From the NCBI RefSeq assembly GCF_000372725.1, contig NW_005201792.1, positions 499,440 through 563,439 on the forward strand: a DNA stretch of 64,000 nucleotides, written 5' to 3'. The notes under the pieces are model-generated. The model did no database searches and was not told where the DNA came from. It was given only the letters and a program-made list of their open reading frames with translations. Source of the DNA: Emiliania huxleyi CCMP1516 (lineage: Eukaryota). The position numbers were made by a program, and so were the translations under genes. Below are positions 23,014 through 34,693 of the stretch, in pieces; position 1 is the first letter of the stretch; the number at the start of each line of letters is the position of its first letter.

Positions 23014-26000
23014 TCAGGCCGGCGCAGAATACCCAACAGGCTTGCCAACACCGGGGACCGCCCCGATCGGCAGCCCAACCATCGGCGGCCCTGCCAACAC
23101 CGGAACCGGTCCCGGTGCCTGCGCGAATCTGTCCCGCGGCTGAACGACGACAACTGGGCCTGTGGGCGCGCCTCGATTGTTTCGCCGTCGCTTCCCGGGC
23201 GGCGGCCGCTCCTGCGGCACGCACTTTTTGCCGAGCCGCACGCAGCGGCGGCAGGGATCGCCCTCGCAAGCCGCCTTTGCCTGTGGGAGGATGGGCCGGA
23301 GGGGGTAAAGCTCCGGCGGCGTGCGGCCTGTGCGAGCGCCGCGCGCGCCTTGTGGCACTCCATGCACGCCCACTTCTTCGCCTTCCTGCCCGCCGACTCC
23401 TCGGCGGGCTGCCGGTCCGGCAGGAGTCCCATCGCCTGAGGCGCGAGGCGCGGCAGGAGGGTTCTAGGAAGGTTCTAGGAAGGTTCACCACCCATCGCCT
23501 GAGGCGCGAGGCGCGGCTGCCGTGTGCCGTCAGGCGCAGCTGCCGTGTGCCGTCAGGCGCGCGCCTCGGCAGGCTGCGGCTGCCGTGAGCTCCCCCCCTC
23601 TCCTAGCCTCTACCCGCCGCGCACCTCCATCCCCACCGGCCACTGCATCCCCACCGCCATCGGCCGGAAGAGCGCCTACTCCAGCAACCACTCCCGTACT
23701 CTCTCCGCACCAGCACGAGACGCGGCAGCAGCGCGCGCCGCCTGCTGCTGCACCCCTCCCATCCGCGGGTCGCCCATCGCGGCGCGCGCGCCCGGGTACG
23801 CTGCCGGCGCGGTCGCCGCCCCCATCGACGGAGCAACCGCCATCGGCAGACCCATCTGCGGGCACACCGCAGTTGCGGGCTGCAAGCTGCCCTCTCCGGC
23901 GGCGTAGCTGGCCTCCTCCACCGCCCCCTGCGGCCTCATCCCGACACCGCCCTCCGCCCCCCCCGGCGCGCCCGGCAGCGCAACAAACGGCGCGCCACGC
24001 GGCACCTCCGCAGGGTGCACTGGCAAGGCGGTGGCGCGGGGGCAGGCGAACACTTCGCCGCCTCCCATCCCGCACACCGCACCGCCCGCCGCGCCAGCCC
24101 TGAACCAGCCGCCGCCGCCGTCTGTCGCACCCGGCGGCGCGGCGCCAAATCCAGCGTGGGCGCCGCTCCAGCCGCCCTCCCCTTCCACCTTGTCCGAAGG
24201 CGCAGCAGCCCGCCCGATGCCGCCGCAGCCGCCGGTCGCCGCGCCGCCGCCGGCAGCCGCGCCGCCGGCAGCCGCGCCGCCGCCCCACCCGCTGGACGGG
24301 GTGGAGCTGAGGAGGGGGTGGTTGGTGGCGATGGCGCGCATGGCGTTCCCGTCGAGCGGCGCGAGCGCGACCGCGTTGGCGAGCGCTGCGGTGGCGGCGG
24401 GGTCGAGGAGCGGGTCGACGCTCACGTTGCGCGGCTCGAGCGACGCGTCGGCCGCGTCGTCGCTGATGGCCGCCTCGGCGATCCGCGCGAGGCAGTGGTG
24501 GCAGTGGCGCTGCGAGCCCGCCATGACGATGCCCATCGCCAGCTGGCGGTCGCACAGCGAGCAGCGGTACGCAGTGGGGCGCAGGCAGGCATCCGACGTG
24601 TCGAGGGTGACAAAGTCGGCGACGATGGCTTGGCACTGCAGGAAGGTGTCGATCAGCCGGTTGGAGGTGCAAAAGGGCTGCTGCGACGCAAACTCGGTGA
24701 AGGCCGTCGAGAGGCGGAGCGGCGACACCTTGTCGTGCTTCTTGACGACCTTCGTGACGGCGAGGTAGTTGAGCAGCGCGAACTTGCGCAGCAGGTCGAC
24801 CTCGGAGCAGAGGTCCATGAACTGCAGCAGCGCAGAGCCGTCGTACCCGCGCGTGGCGGCGGAGCTCGCCGCAGCCGGCGCCGGGAAGCCTCTCCCGCCT
24901 CCGCCCCCGCCCCCTCTGCCCGCCCCCTCTGCACCGTGCGCAGGGCTCGGCTCCTCCGGCCTGAACTCCTCGAGCCGGAGCGGCAGCGGAGCCGTCTCGC
25001 TCGCCTCGCTCGACTCTCGCTCGAGCTGCCGCATGATCGAGAGGAGCGGTACCCCCTCGGACAGGTCCGCCTCCGACTCTCTGCGCGCCGCCTCCGCAGC
25101 TGAGGCCGACGGACCACACGACGGACCACACCCCTCGGGGGCGAGCTGCGCACCCGCCGCCGCCGCCGCGCGCGGCGCCGTCTGGGTCGACAGAAAGGGG
25201 GCGATGGCGCGGAGGAGGGCGGCGAACTCGGTCGCCTTGCCGCAGTAGAAGCGGTTCACCTGGGAAGGCGGGGGGAGGATGGCAGGGGCTTGTGTGTGTG
25301 GCTTGTGTGTGGGGGGTTAGGNNNNNNNNNNNNNNNNNNNNNNNNNNNNNNNNNNNNNNNNNNNNNNNNNNNNNNNNNNNNNNNNNNNNNNNNNNNNNNN
25401 NNNNNNNNNNNNNNNNNNNNNGGGGGGGGGGAGGAGTGGTGGTCGCCTTTTGGATCTGCAGCATGAGGCTGGAGACGAAGAGGCCTGGGAGAGGGGTGGG
25501 GGAGGGGGTGGGGGAGGGGTGGGAGAGCGAGGGGAGGGGGCGGTCAAGACGGCGGGGCACGGGGCGGGGCGTGCCGTCGAGGTGTACATTCGCCTGCGAC
25601 GGAGGCGGCGGTTGCAGCGGTGAGGGGAGGGTCGAGGTCGAAGAGGAGGGGCGAGCGGCGTCGGCCGGCGACGCGGCAGCGGCGGCAGCGGGCGGCGGCG
25701 GGCGGCGGCGGGCTGACACCTCAGGCGCCGTGTGCTTGCGTGGTGCGTACGTTGTGCGCGTGCAAGTAATGGGGAGGAGGGGAGGTAAGGGCGCGCCTCC
25801 GCGTTTGCGTCGGGCTGGAGGATGGAGAGCTCGGGCGACTCGGGAGAGAACTGCTTCAGGATTTGCTTGAGCGCCTTGTAGTCGATGTACTGCTCCGTCC
25901 ACGGCGCGTGCGCCTACCCACGGACACCGTCGGTGCACGCTCCGCTGGTGATTGCGCCGCCGCCAGCCTCGGGGCAGAGGCGAGTGCGAGGCAGAGGGCG

Positions 26001-26345
26001 GAGATACGCGACCGTCTCTGCCGCCACCACCTCCACCGCCTCCTCCTCACCCACACCACCTCCGCTCCGCTAACACCGCTGCCACCACCAGCTGCGTCGA
26101 GGCGTGCCCCGCCGACTCGGAGCGTGCTGCTGCGCCACGCCGCGCCGCGCCAGACCGCGCCCCGACATCCGCCCCCAAGAGAGTCCATGCCGCAGTAGCG
26201 TCTCTCTCCCGCAGAGTGTGTGCGGGCCGCAGTGTAGCCTAGCCCGCCAGCGCACACACTGCACGGGCGGTGGGACGGGCGGGCCGAGGAGGGGAAAGAG
26301 CGCGCTGTGGCGCGCCTCGTGGGCCAGCTGCTTGCCAAACTTCAT
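23014..26345 (-). CDS. SPX-domain protein with a RING-like Cys cluster and a C-terminal Zn2Cys6 binuclear-cluster DNA-binding domain, multi-exon, spans an assembly gap
   Basis: SPX motifs: MKFGKQLAHE|AHAPWTEQYIDYKALKQIL, FVSSLMLQIQK|VNRFY and LLRKFALLNYLAVTKVVKKHDK. Then CSLCDRQL...HCHHCLAR. Splicing 23281-23348 (GC-AG) gives CMECHKAKAACEGDPCRRCVRLGKKC followed by PPGKRRR. TGA at 23014-23016. Confidence 0.8.
25322..25421. other. Assembly gap (100 N) inside an intron of the SPX gene
   Basis: Run of n. Confidence 1.
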
Positions 26346-27598
26346 GGTCGGAGCCTTGGATGTGACACACCACCACCGTCGGCCTGGCGGTCGCCGATTT
26401 TTTTGTGATCTGTGATCTGTGATCTGTGAGGCGCGCGAGTGACCTCAAAGAGCTAGAAATAAGACCTGGCGTGAGGCCGACGGTGGCGGGGATGGCGCGG
26501 TGCGCGGTCGGAGGAGAAAGGGGAGTGGCGGAGGGGCGCTGCAGGGGGGGAGGCGTGCCGACTGCGGACTGCCGAGAGGCTCCGAGAGAGGGAGGGAGAA
26601 AGGGAGCGTCCGTCCGCGGTTTTCTCGCAGAAATAAAGAAAGAAAACAGACAACCCAAACGAGGGATAGGGGAGGAGGACAGGGTCCACAGCTCCACACC
26701 TGCACGAGCAGGATTTTGGAAAGGACGATCGATCAGGGGGACAGGTGGGCTCTCCTGCTCCTGACAAGGGACACGACAGGCTCGCAGCGCGGTGCACGGT
26801 GGAATCCCAACTCCACTGGCGGAGTGGCGGTCTCATCTCAGTCTAGCGACCTTCCTCCGGCTTCTCACCGGCAGTAGTCTCTCACTATACCACAGGCACA
26901 CTGACACAGGGGTGGCAGGGGCGGCGGCATGAGTCTCCCACATACTATGCGGGCCTCACTAGAGGTGCGGCCTGCGGTTTTCAGGCATCGCCGCAGCGCT
27001 GTCTGCGCCGCAGTCCCGCACCCGTCGACGAAGCTCCCCCCGCGGAATACACACACACACACACACTAGAGGTGGGTTTTCTCAGCTCGGCGCTGCCGGG
27101 TTTTCTTCTCGCGCTGTCTCGACTCGGGCGCCCTACGCCTAGGGCGCTCCTCCCCACCGATCATTTGCCTACAGGTCATGTTGTTGCTCAGGTCCACTCT
27201 CTCTTCGAACACTCGTGCCTCTACGGATGATGCCGGCGCTGGGGTCCCCTTCGGATGCATCGTGACATCTGACAACTGGATTTCCACTGGTTCGTCCTCC
27301 TCGGAGTCATCTTCCCCGTCCTCCTTCCGCTCGGCTCTTCGCTCGGTACGTTCGGTGTGGCTCACCCTCCATGCCGTGAACAGGCGCTTTATCCACCCTA
27401 TATTCTTCTCTCGTTCCTCTGCCCGTGCCTTGGTCTTGTCGTTGTTTCGCACCCATGTCTGTATGGCAATCGAGGCTGCCTTCCGAGGTGAGAGGAGATG
27501 CACGCGCAGGTGCCTGTTTTCTTCTCGCGCTGTCTCGACTCGGGCGCCCCTAGGCGCTCCTCCCCACCGACTCGCGCTCTCTCGCCTGCCAAAGATCG

Positions 27599-29876
27599 AT
27601 GGGCGAGTCGGCCTACAGCTTCTCGCTCACCACCTTCTCGCCCTCTGGGAAGCTTGTGCAGGCGTGCCGCGACTCCACAGCGCCCGGTTGGACGCGCTCG
27701 CCGCCCAGGCCCGCCGCTGCACGGAACCCACCAGCCTTGCCCGCTGCTCGTCGCCTGCAGATTGAGTATGCGCTGAACGCCGTCGCCACCGGCGCCACCT
27801 CGCTCGGCGTGAAGGGTGCGCAATGCCGCCCGCCTGCCCGAGCGGTGAGCGATGACCACCCAGCGCCGACCCACCCCTCGCCTGCCGCCGTGCGCAGCCA
27901 AGAACGGGGTGGTGATCGCGACGGAGAAGAAGCTGCCCACCTGCCTGATCGACGAGACGAGCGTCGAGAAGATTGTCATGCTCACCGAGAACATCGCAAT
28001 CGTCTACTCAGGTTGACCCGCCCGCGCCTCCGTCTCTCTTCTCTCCTCTCGTTGCCCCTCCCTCTCCTCTCTTGTCCCGTCGCCCCTCCCGTCGCCCTTC
28101 CCGTCGCCCCTCCCGTGTTTTCGGCCGTACGTATGCCCTTCGGCCCGCCCTTCCTGGCGACCGGTCGCCGCCTACCGGTCCAGGGATCGGACCTGACTTC
28201 CGCGTGCTGTACAAGAAGGGGCGCAAGGCTGCGCAGGCGCGCCCACCGCCACACGCCGAGACGACCTCTCGGAGCCCTTGTCCGTGAGCCGTCTCGGAGC
28301 CTTGCTGCAGGCCTACTACCGCGTCTACCGCGAGCTGATCCCGATCCAGCAGCTGGCGAGCACAAGCTCCCCTCTCGCCTCCCCCTGCCTCGCCGCCTCC
28401 CCTCACAACCTCCCCTCTCGCCTCCCCCTGCCTCGCCGCCTCCCCTCCCTACGCCTCCCCTCCCCTCGCCTCGCCTCCTTCTCCCCTCCCCTCCTGCTCT
28501 CTCCTCCCCCCTCCCTCCCCCGCCGAGCCTCCAAGCCGGCTGAGGCCGCCACTCAAAAGCCCCCCCCTGCCCCCTGCCCCTCCTCCCCCTCCCCCCCCTC
28601 CCTGCTCCCGCCCTGCTCCCTCCCTGCAAAGGTGGGTGCGCCTGCTTTCAGCCATGCAGACCCCAACCCCCCCCCCCCCCCTCCCCCCCTCCAACAGGTG
28701 CGCGAGCTCGCCTCCGTGATGCAGGAGTTCACGCAGCAGGGCGGAGTCCGCCCCTTCGGAGTCTCGCTCCTCCTCGCCGGATTCGACCACGTGCGAACCC
28801 AACCCCCCTCCTCGCCTGCCCCCTCCCGGCAGCACCGCGCAGCGCTAGAGAGGCCGCCGCCGCCGCCGCCGCCGCAGGTTGGGCCGCAGCTCTTCCAGAT
28901 CGACCCGTCGGGCTCGTACTTTGCGTGGAAGGCGAGAGGCTAGCCGAGAGACTAGCCGAGAGGCTAGCCGAGAGGCTAGCCGAGAGACTAGCCGAGAGGC
29001 TAGCCGAGAGGCTAGCCGAGAGGCTAGCCGAGAGGCTACCCGAGAGGCTAGCCGAGAGGCTAGCCGAGAGGCTAGCCGAGAGGCTAGCCGAGAGGCTAGC
29101 CGAGAGGCTAGCCGAGAGGCTAGCCGAGAGGCTAGCCGAGAGGCTAGCCGAGAGGCTAGCCGAGAGGCTAGCCGAGAGGCTACCCGAGAGGCTAGCCGAG
29201 AGGCTGGCCGAGAGGCTAGCCGAGAGGCTAGCCGAGAGGCTAGCCGAGAGAAGCTCGTGCTTCTAGCCGAGAGGCTAGCCGAGAGAAGCTCGTACTTCTA
29301 GCGGAAGGCGGCCGCCTGGCCGAGCCTTCGGGCAGCCTCGGGATGCTCGCGCTCTTCTCGTACAGCACCCGGCCCCTGCTGCGCTGCTAGGCGTCTGCCA
29401 TCGGCAAGCACATGGTCAACGCAAAGACCTTCCTTGAGAAGCGGCGAGAGACTAGCCGAGAGACTGGCCGAGTTAGCCACCTGGTCGCGAAGGGTTTGCT
29501 CGAGGAGGAGCGGCGCCGAGCAAGAGGCGGGACGCGAGATCACGCCGCACGCACCTTCCCCGAGGCTCGGAGCCCGTCTGGAGCCTCCTCCCCCCTCCCC
29601 GCCCCTCCCGCTAGGTACAACGACGAGCTCGAGCTCGAGGACGCCGTCCACACCGCGCTGCTCACGCTCAAGGAGGGCTTCGAAGGCGCGATGGACCACA
29701 CGAACATCGAGGCGCGCCGCCCAGCTCCCGCCCTCGCCCCCGGCTCCTCGCCACACCCCAACCTCTTGAGCTCTCCTCCTCTCGCGCCGCCAAAGGTTGG
29801 CATCGTCGGGCCGGACCAAAAGTTCAAGGTGCTCACCCCGGCAGAGATCCAGGACTACTTGGGCGAAGTGGAGTGA
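27599..29876 (+). CDS. PSMA2: 20S proteasome subunit alpha type-2, 10 exons
   Basis: Exons 27599-27661, 27761-27815, 27898-28011, 28184-28236, 28311-28355, 28698-28790, 28878-28931, 29391-29443, 29615-29711, 29796-29876 give [24 protein letters not shown]...[18 protein letters not shown]...[17 protein letters not shown]...[19 protein letters not shown]. Confidence 0.97.
28933..29286. repeat. 12-bp minisatellite (CGAGAGGCTAGC)n, about 26 copies plus degenerate units, in PSMA2 intron 7
   Basis: Directly visible tandem array. Confidence 0.97.
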
Positions 29877-30203
29877 TGACCTCTGTAAACACACAGCGAG
29901 CATCAGGCGCACCGCATGATCGGACGACCGCGACGCGGCGGGCTCCTGCTCGTTCTATTTTGCTTTTTACTGTGATGTAAAATAAATTGGGTCGGCAGTG
30001 TGCGGCTGCGGGCGAGAGGGCACAACAAGCGCCGCCCGGCAAAATGTGCAGAGCGTGCTGCGGCTGCGGGTGCAGCGCCAGCGGCGAGCGGGTCCCCCCC
30101 CGGCCCCGCCCGGCCCGCGGCCGCCGCGAGTCCGGAGCGTGGCCCGGCGGGGACTGAGGACTGATACGACCCGGTGTCAGCACACAGCGCGCAATGCAGG
30201 CTA

Positions 30204-31311
30204 CTACTCCCCGGCGGCAACCTCACTCTCGGGCTCGTACTCGACGGCATCGCCACTGTTGCTTCGCCACCCGACGGCCGGCGTGTGGGGCGGCACCGCT
30301 GCCGGGTCCGCCGGGCCGAGCCTCTGCGCCTCGCGCCACAGCCGCTCGGAGGTCTCGAGCGGCTGAGCAGAGTTGGCAAACCCCCACGCGCCGGTCAGCC
30401 CCGCGGGGCCGCGGAGGTAGGAGGAGGCGTCGTCGCCTCTCTCGACGACGTCCGCCCTCCCGTGGGCGCCAACGACCAGCTTTGCGACCCCGCACGCCTG
30501 CGGCGCGAGGGCGGCCGGCCCGAATCACAGCCGCGTCGCCCTCTGCCTCCGCGCAGTCCCTCCCGAGGCGTGCGTCGCGCGCCGCGAGCTGTCCCGCGCC
30601 GAGCAGGTCCGAGCCTCGCAGCGCAGCGATCAGCGCCACACTCGCGGCGTGCGTCACCACCACCACCGTCTTGCCTACGGCGGCACGGCGCTGGAAGATG
30701 CTCCGAGCTCTCTCAGGGCAGCTCAGGCCGCGGGGCGGCGACTGACCGCGGAAGGGCGGCCGCTGCAAGGCCTGTGAGAGGAAGAGGAGCCTGCCAGCGG
30801 TCGTGGGCGGGCGTGACGAGGCGAGCGGGATGGGGAGGGAGGGAGGGGAGGGAGGAAGGGGAGGGAGGGAGGTGCACCGGCGCAGGTGCTCGATCCGCGG
30901 CTCCACTCCGGTGCCGTCCACCGCCACCGAGGCCATCAGAGGGGAGTAGGAGGTATCAATCTCGGGAAAGTACGGCAGCCGCGTGTCGAGAGGAGGCAGT
31001 GCCGCCGGCCGCTGGTGCGACTCGGCGACAGCAAAGTCCACGCAGAGAGGCAAGCCGGTGGCGTGGGCGAGCGGCTGGGCGGTCTGCAGTGTGCGCAGGT
31101 ACGGCGATACGATGATCATGTCGATCCTTCCCACGCTGGCGAGGTGGGCGGCCACCTCGCGTGCCTGCGCGTGTCCGCCCGCCGAGAGCGGAGGATCGCT
31201 GGGCGCGAGCGAGGCGCTGGTGCGGCAGCGAGCGACCCAGGCGTCCTTGCCGATGGAGTAGTCGAAGCGGTCGCCGTGGCGGAGGAGGTAGATGGTGGTG
31301 GAGTCCGACAT
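30204..31311 (-). CDS. Histidine phosphatase (phosphoglycerate-mutase family, His_Phos_1)
   Basis: IYLLRHGDR catalytic RHG motif, SDPPLS..GH.QA, VSPYLRTLQTA, AVAE, then VVVVTHAASV in a downstream exon. Two or three short introns; stop at 30204-30206 is inferred. Confidence 0.85.
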
Positions 31312-31886
31312 ATACACAGGCTGCGGCGGTTGCCGGAAGCGAAAGCGCGAGGGCGGACTCGACGTCTATGCCTGGAGCGAGGGGGCTCCGAGGGAGGGGG
31401 GGGGCACTATCGAAGGGCGTCAAAAGAACCCGGTAACGCCCCAGCAGCCAGTGCACTCCCTTGGGTTGTTGGTTGTCTATTTTCTTTCTTTCTTTCTTTA
31501 GTGCACTGCTCCATTGGCGGCGGCGGTGGTACTGGCACGAGCGGGGAAGCCTCACATGGCTTGGTGCCAGCGGGGCATCCCCCTGCACCAGGTCGGGGGG
31601 GTAACACACTTGGTTGCCTTCGTTCTGGCAAACTCCGCTCGTATCGCCCCAGCAGCCAGAGCACGGCGTTTGCACCCCGCCGCGGCCGGCGGGCGTGATG
31701 GGGAGGGCGATGATCCTTTGGATGGTCGCTTTGACCGCTCCGATTTTAGAAACATCCTTCTGTGGGCGTACCATTCCGGCATTCGTCGGAGAGAGAGATT
31801 TTTTGCAATACCGTTGTTGTTGACTCTCTCTCTTGTTGTTTCGATTTGTTTTGTTTCGTCGGAGGTATAGTTCATGAAGTTGCGAA

Positions 31887-33393
31887 CAAAACCGATAATG
31901 TCAAGCTCAAGGTCAAGAATTAAGCCCGATCGCAGTGCCGAGGAGAGCGCAGGCGAAGAGCCCAGCCAATCAATACAGTGGCGCCCGTGCGAGACCGCAA
32001 CAGGCCCGGACCGGCGTCCTCTGGTCAGCATCTCGTCTCGACTTGGCCGGACTTTGCGGTGCCTCGTCGGCTTTGCGAGCGCTCTCGGCTTCCGTCCCAT
32101 TCCTGTCATTTCTCTCTTTTTTTGGATTTTAAAAAAGAAAAATCGCGACTTCCTTGAGAGCGGCGGCGACCCACCTCGGCTGCCTTGAGCCGCGAACAAC
32201 TTGAGCCGCGAACAATGGCCTCGAAGTTCCTCGACGGGCTGCTGCACGGGCCGTCCGCGCGGACGGCAGAATACGTCGACACCGCTTCCACCCTACAGAC
32301 TCCTCTGGACGAGGAGCGGGCAATAAGCACGGTGCAGACGGCGGCGCTGGGAGATCAGCAGCTCGGCGGCGATAAATTGCCTTGGAGCACAGAAACCCTC
32401 GCGCAGTACGAGTTCGAGCACTTTTTCGACTTTGAGGTCAGCAAGGCTGTCTTTTTCCTCAGTGTGGTTGCCGTGGCCATCGTGCGGGCCACCTTCACTC
32501 CCTTCGGGCGTGTCACGAGCGCTGGCCGGGAGTGGCTCGACCGCGCGACGTTTGCGCTGCGGTGGGTGGCGAGCGCGGATTCGCTGCAGCAGCTTGGTGG
32601 GCCGCCTGCCGTCGCGCCAGCCGAGGACTCATGCCAACGGCGAAAAGTCGTCTCAGGCCGCTTCACGCGGTCCTCTTACGAGAGATACTGCCACGCGAAT
32701 GCATTGAGTCCTGATGCACTCTGCTGGTCGGCGCTGCCCATCTAGCGGGCCATGTTTGTATTTATTTAGCGAGGGCTCAAAGTACACGGCGACTCGCAAA
32801 ACAGGAGTGCCCAGCAACGCGAACAGGAACGTGGTCGTGGAGCGAGAGAGACGTCAGACGACACCGCCACTAAAGACTAGTTGCAAATACGCGGGATATA
32901 CGGGTGCTGTGTCACAATGACCACTTTTGATGTTCTTTTGTCCGTGTTGCTCCCAGCGCTCTCGCCCGCGCTCCCTGAGGCCATGGCTGGTGCTACTCTA
33001 GTATGGGGGGGGCTTCCCATGCCGCTACCGCGAGAGCGACCCAACTCGTCGACATCGTCCGATGATGGTGCCGCAAAGTCAGCCTTCGGAGGCTATCGTG
33101 GGGTCGAGCCGGCAGTAGCCGTGACATGTGGTTCCACCACCCCTCGTAGGCTTTGCCTCTGACCGCCACCGTTCCCAGGCTGCCTAATGGGATGGAAAGG
33201 ACTTCACGACTAGGGATAAGGGAAAGGAAGGCTCGGCGAGCGTATATAGAAGCGTTCTCGACCTCGTCGTGGCAGCCTGCACGGCAGCGCTGGCAGGCGC
33301 GATGAGCGTCGTGCCACCTGACCCGAGACGGGTCGCAGGCGTCGTACCGAGCGCGTCGAGACCGTGTCCTGATGCGCTCTGCACGGGTGAGTC
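31887..33393 (+). repeat. Segment duplicated almost identically at 41055-42559, including a 186-codon ORF (32185-32745 and 41351-41911) of unknown nature
   Basis: Sequences match apart from a few substitutions and indels; this copy runs into the gap at 33394. Confidence 0.92.
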
Positions 33394-33493
33394 NNNNNNN
33401 NNNNNNNNNNNNNNNNNNNNNNNNNNNNNNNNNNNNNNNNNNNNNNNNNNNNNNNNNNNNNNNNNNNNNNNNNNNNNNNNNNNNNNNNNNNNN
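33394..33493. other. Assembly gap (100 N)
   Basis: Run of n. Confidence 1.
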
Positions 33494-33730
33494 CGGTTCC
33501 CCATTCAAGACTAAAGATCGAAGATTGAGATTGTGGATTGCAGATCGCTCTGAGCAGCAACAGGGCCAAAATGTGGAGATAGGAGATGGAGAATGCAGAT
33601 TGTAGATCCTAGCGCCCAGCCATCCGCCCCAGATGTGAGATCGAAGATTGAAAATGGAGGTCGTAGATTGCTGCCGGCGGCGACAGTGGCCAAGTAGAAG
33701 ATTGGAGATTGGAGATGAGAGATGGTCAGT

Positions 33731-34693
33731 GTGAATGAATCCAAATTGCATCTCCTTGAAGGTTTGAGCCCCCTCCTCCCCCGGGCCCCCGAATCGAGAT
33801 TGGAGATTGGAGATTGGAGATTGAGATCGGAGATCTGATCCGGCCTAAGATGACGACGTTGGAGATTGGAGATTGAAGATGGAGATCGGAGATCTGACTG
33901 GATCCCCGGCCTAAGATGACGACGCTGTGGATTAGAGAATATTGGAGATGGGGAGATCGGAGCCCACCCACCCCCTAGAGCCTAGTGGTGTTGATAGATG
34001 TTTTATAGATTTTTGTTTTTCCCTGTGGTCTGTGCGCGGACGGCCCGGGGAGCCTGCGGCGCCATTTTAATCTGCGCTCCTCTTTATGGCCTGCGGCGCC
34101 TGGCTTGAGCTTGGAAGTGTAAACGAGTCCGCCAGGGCGGTCTGCAAACGGAGCGCGCTGCGCGCGCGGTCTATGTACGCGGTCTATGTCGGCGAGCCTA
34201 TTTGCCGAGTTGGCAGCGTGAACCATGATACCGCCCCCAGTTCGGCGTAGACCGCGCGCGCCGCGCAGCGCGCTTCGTGTTTGCAGACCGCCCTGGCGGA
34301 CTCGTTTACACTTCCAAGCTCAAGCCAGGCGCCGCAGGCCATAAAGAGGAGCGCAGATTAAAATGGCGCCGCAGGCTCCCCAGGCCGTCCGCGCACAGAC
34401 CTTTATCTAAAAACAAAACAAAAAAATCGATGAGACACCACTAGGGGCTGGGGGGCTCCGATCTCCATCTCTCCAGTACTCTCCAATCTCCAGCGTCGCT
34501 ATATCTTAGGCCGGATCCAGTCAGATCTCCGATCTCCATCTTCAATCTCCAATCTCCAACGTCGTCATCTTAGGCCGGATTCAGTCAGATCTCCGATCTC
34601 CATCTCCAATCTCCAATCTCCACTGTCGATTCGGGGGCCCGGGGGAGGAGGGGGGCTCAAACCTTCAAGGAGATGCGCTATGGACTCATTCAC
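33731..34693. repeat. Long inverted repeat / foldback (arms ~33731-34173 and ~34248-34693, 74-nt spacer)
   Basis: The ~125-bp cores (34027-34150 vs 34280-34401) are near-perfect reverse complements. Outer arms are made of GGAGATT/AATCTCC heptamers and a CTCCTTGAAGGTTTGAGCCCC block mirrored at 34650-34675. Confidence 0.9.

Noticed and set aside
28933..29286. Regular array that might be taken for CRISPR; ORFs (REAS)n and (ERLA)n
   Set aside because: Head-to-tail 12-mers with no unique spacers and no cas genes, located inside a PSMA2 intron.
23014..31311. Phosphate gene cluster (SPX regulator plus histidine phosphatase)
   Set aside because: The genes are separated by the unrelated PSMA2, and proximity alone in a eukaryotic genome is not evidence of a functional cluster.
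31500..31730. Cys-rich fragment on the minus strand (PCSGCWGDTSGVCQNEGNQVCYPP / GCPAGTKPC)
   Set aside because: Needs a frameshift in a homopolymer run and has no clear start or stop; possibly a gene relic but too little to call.
32185..32745. 186-aa ORF present in both duplicated segments as a real gene
   Set aside because: No recognisable motif, and identity between copies only reflects recent duplication; cannot be supported without expression data.
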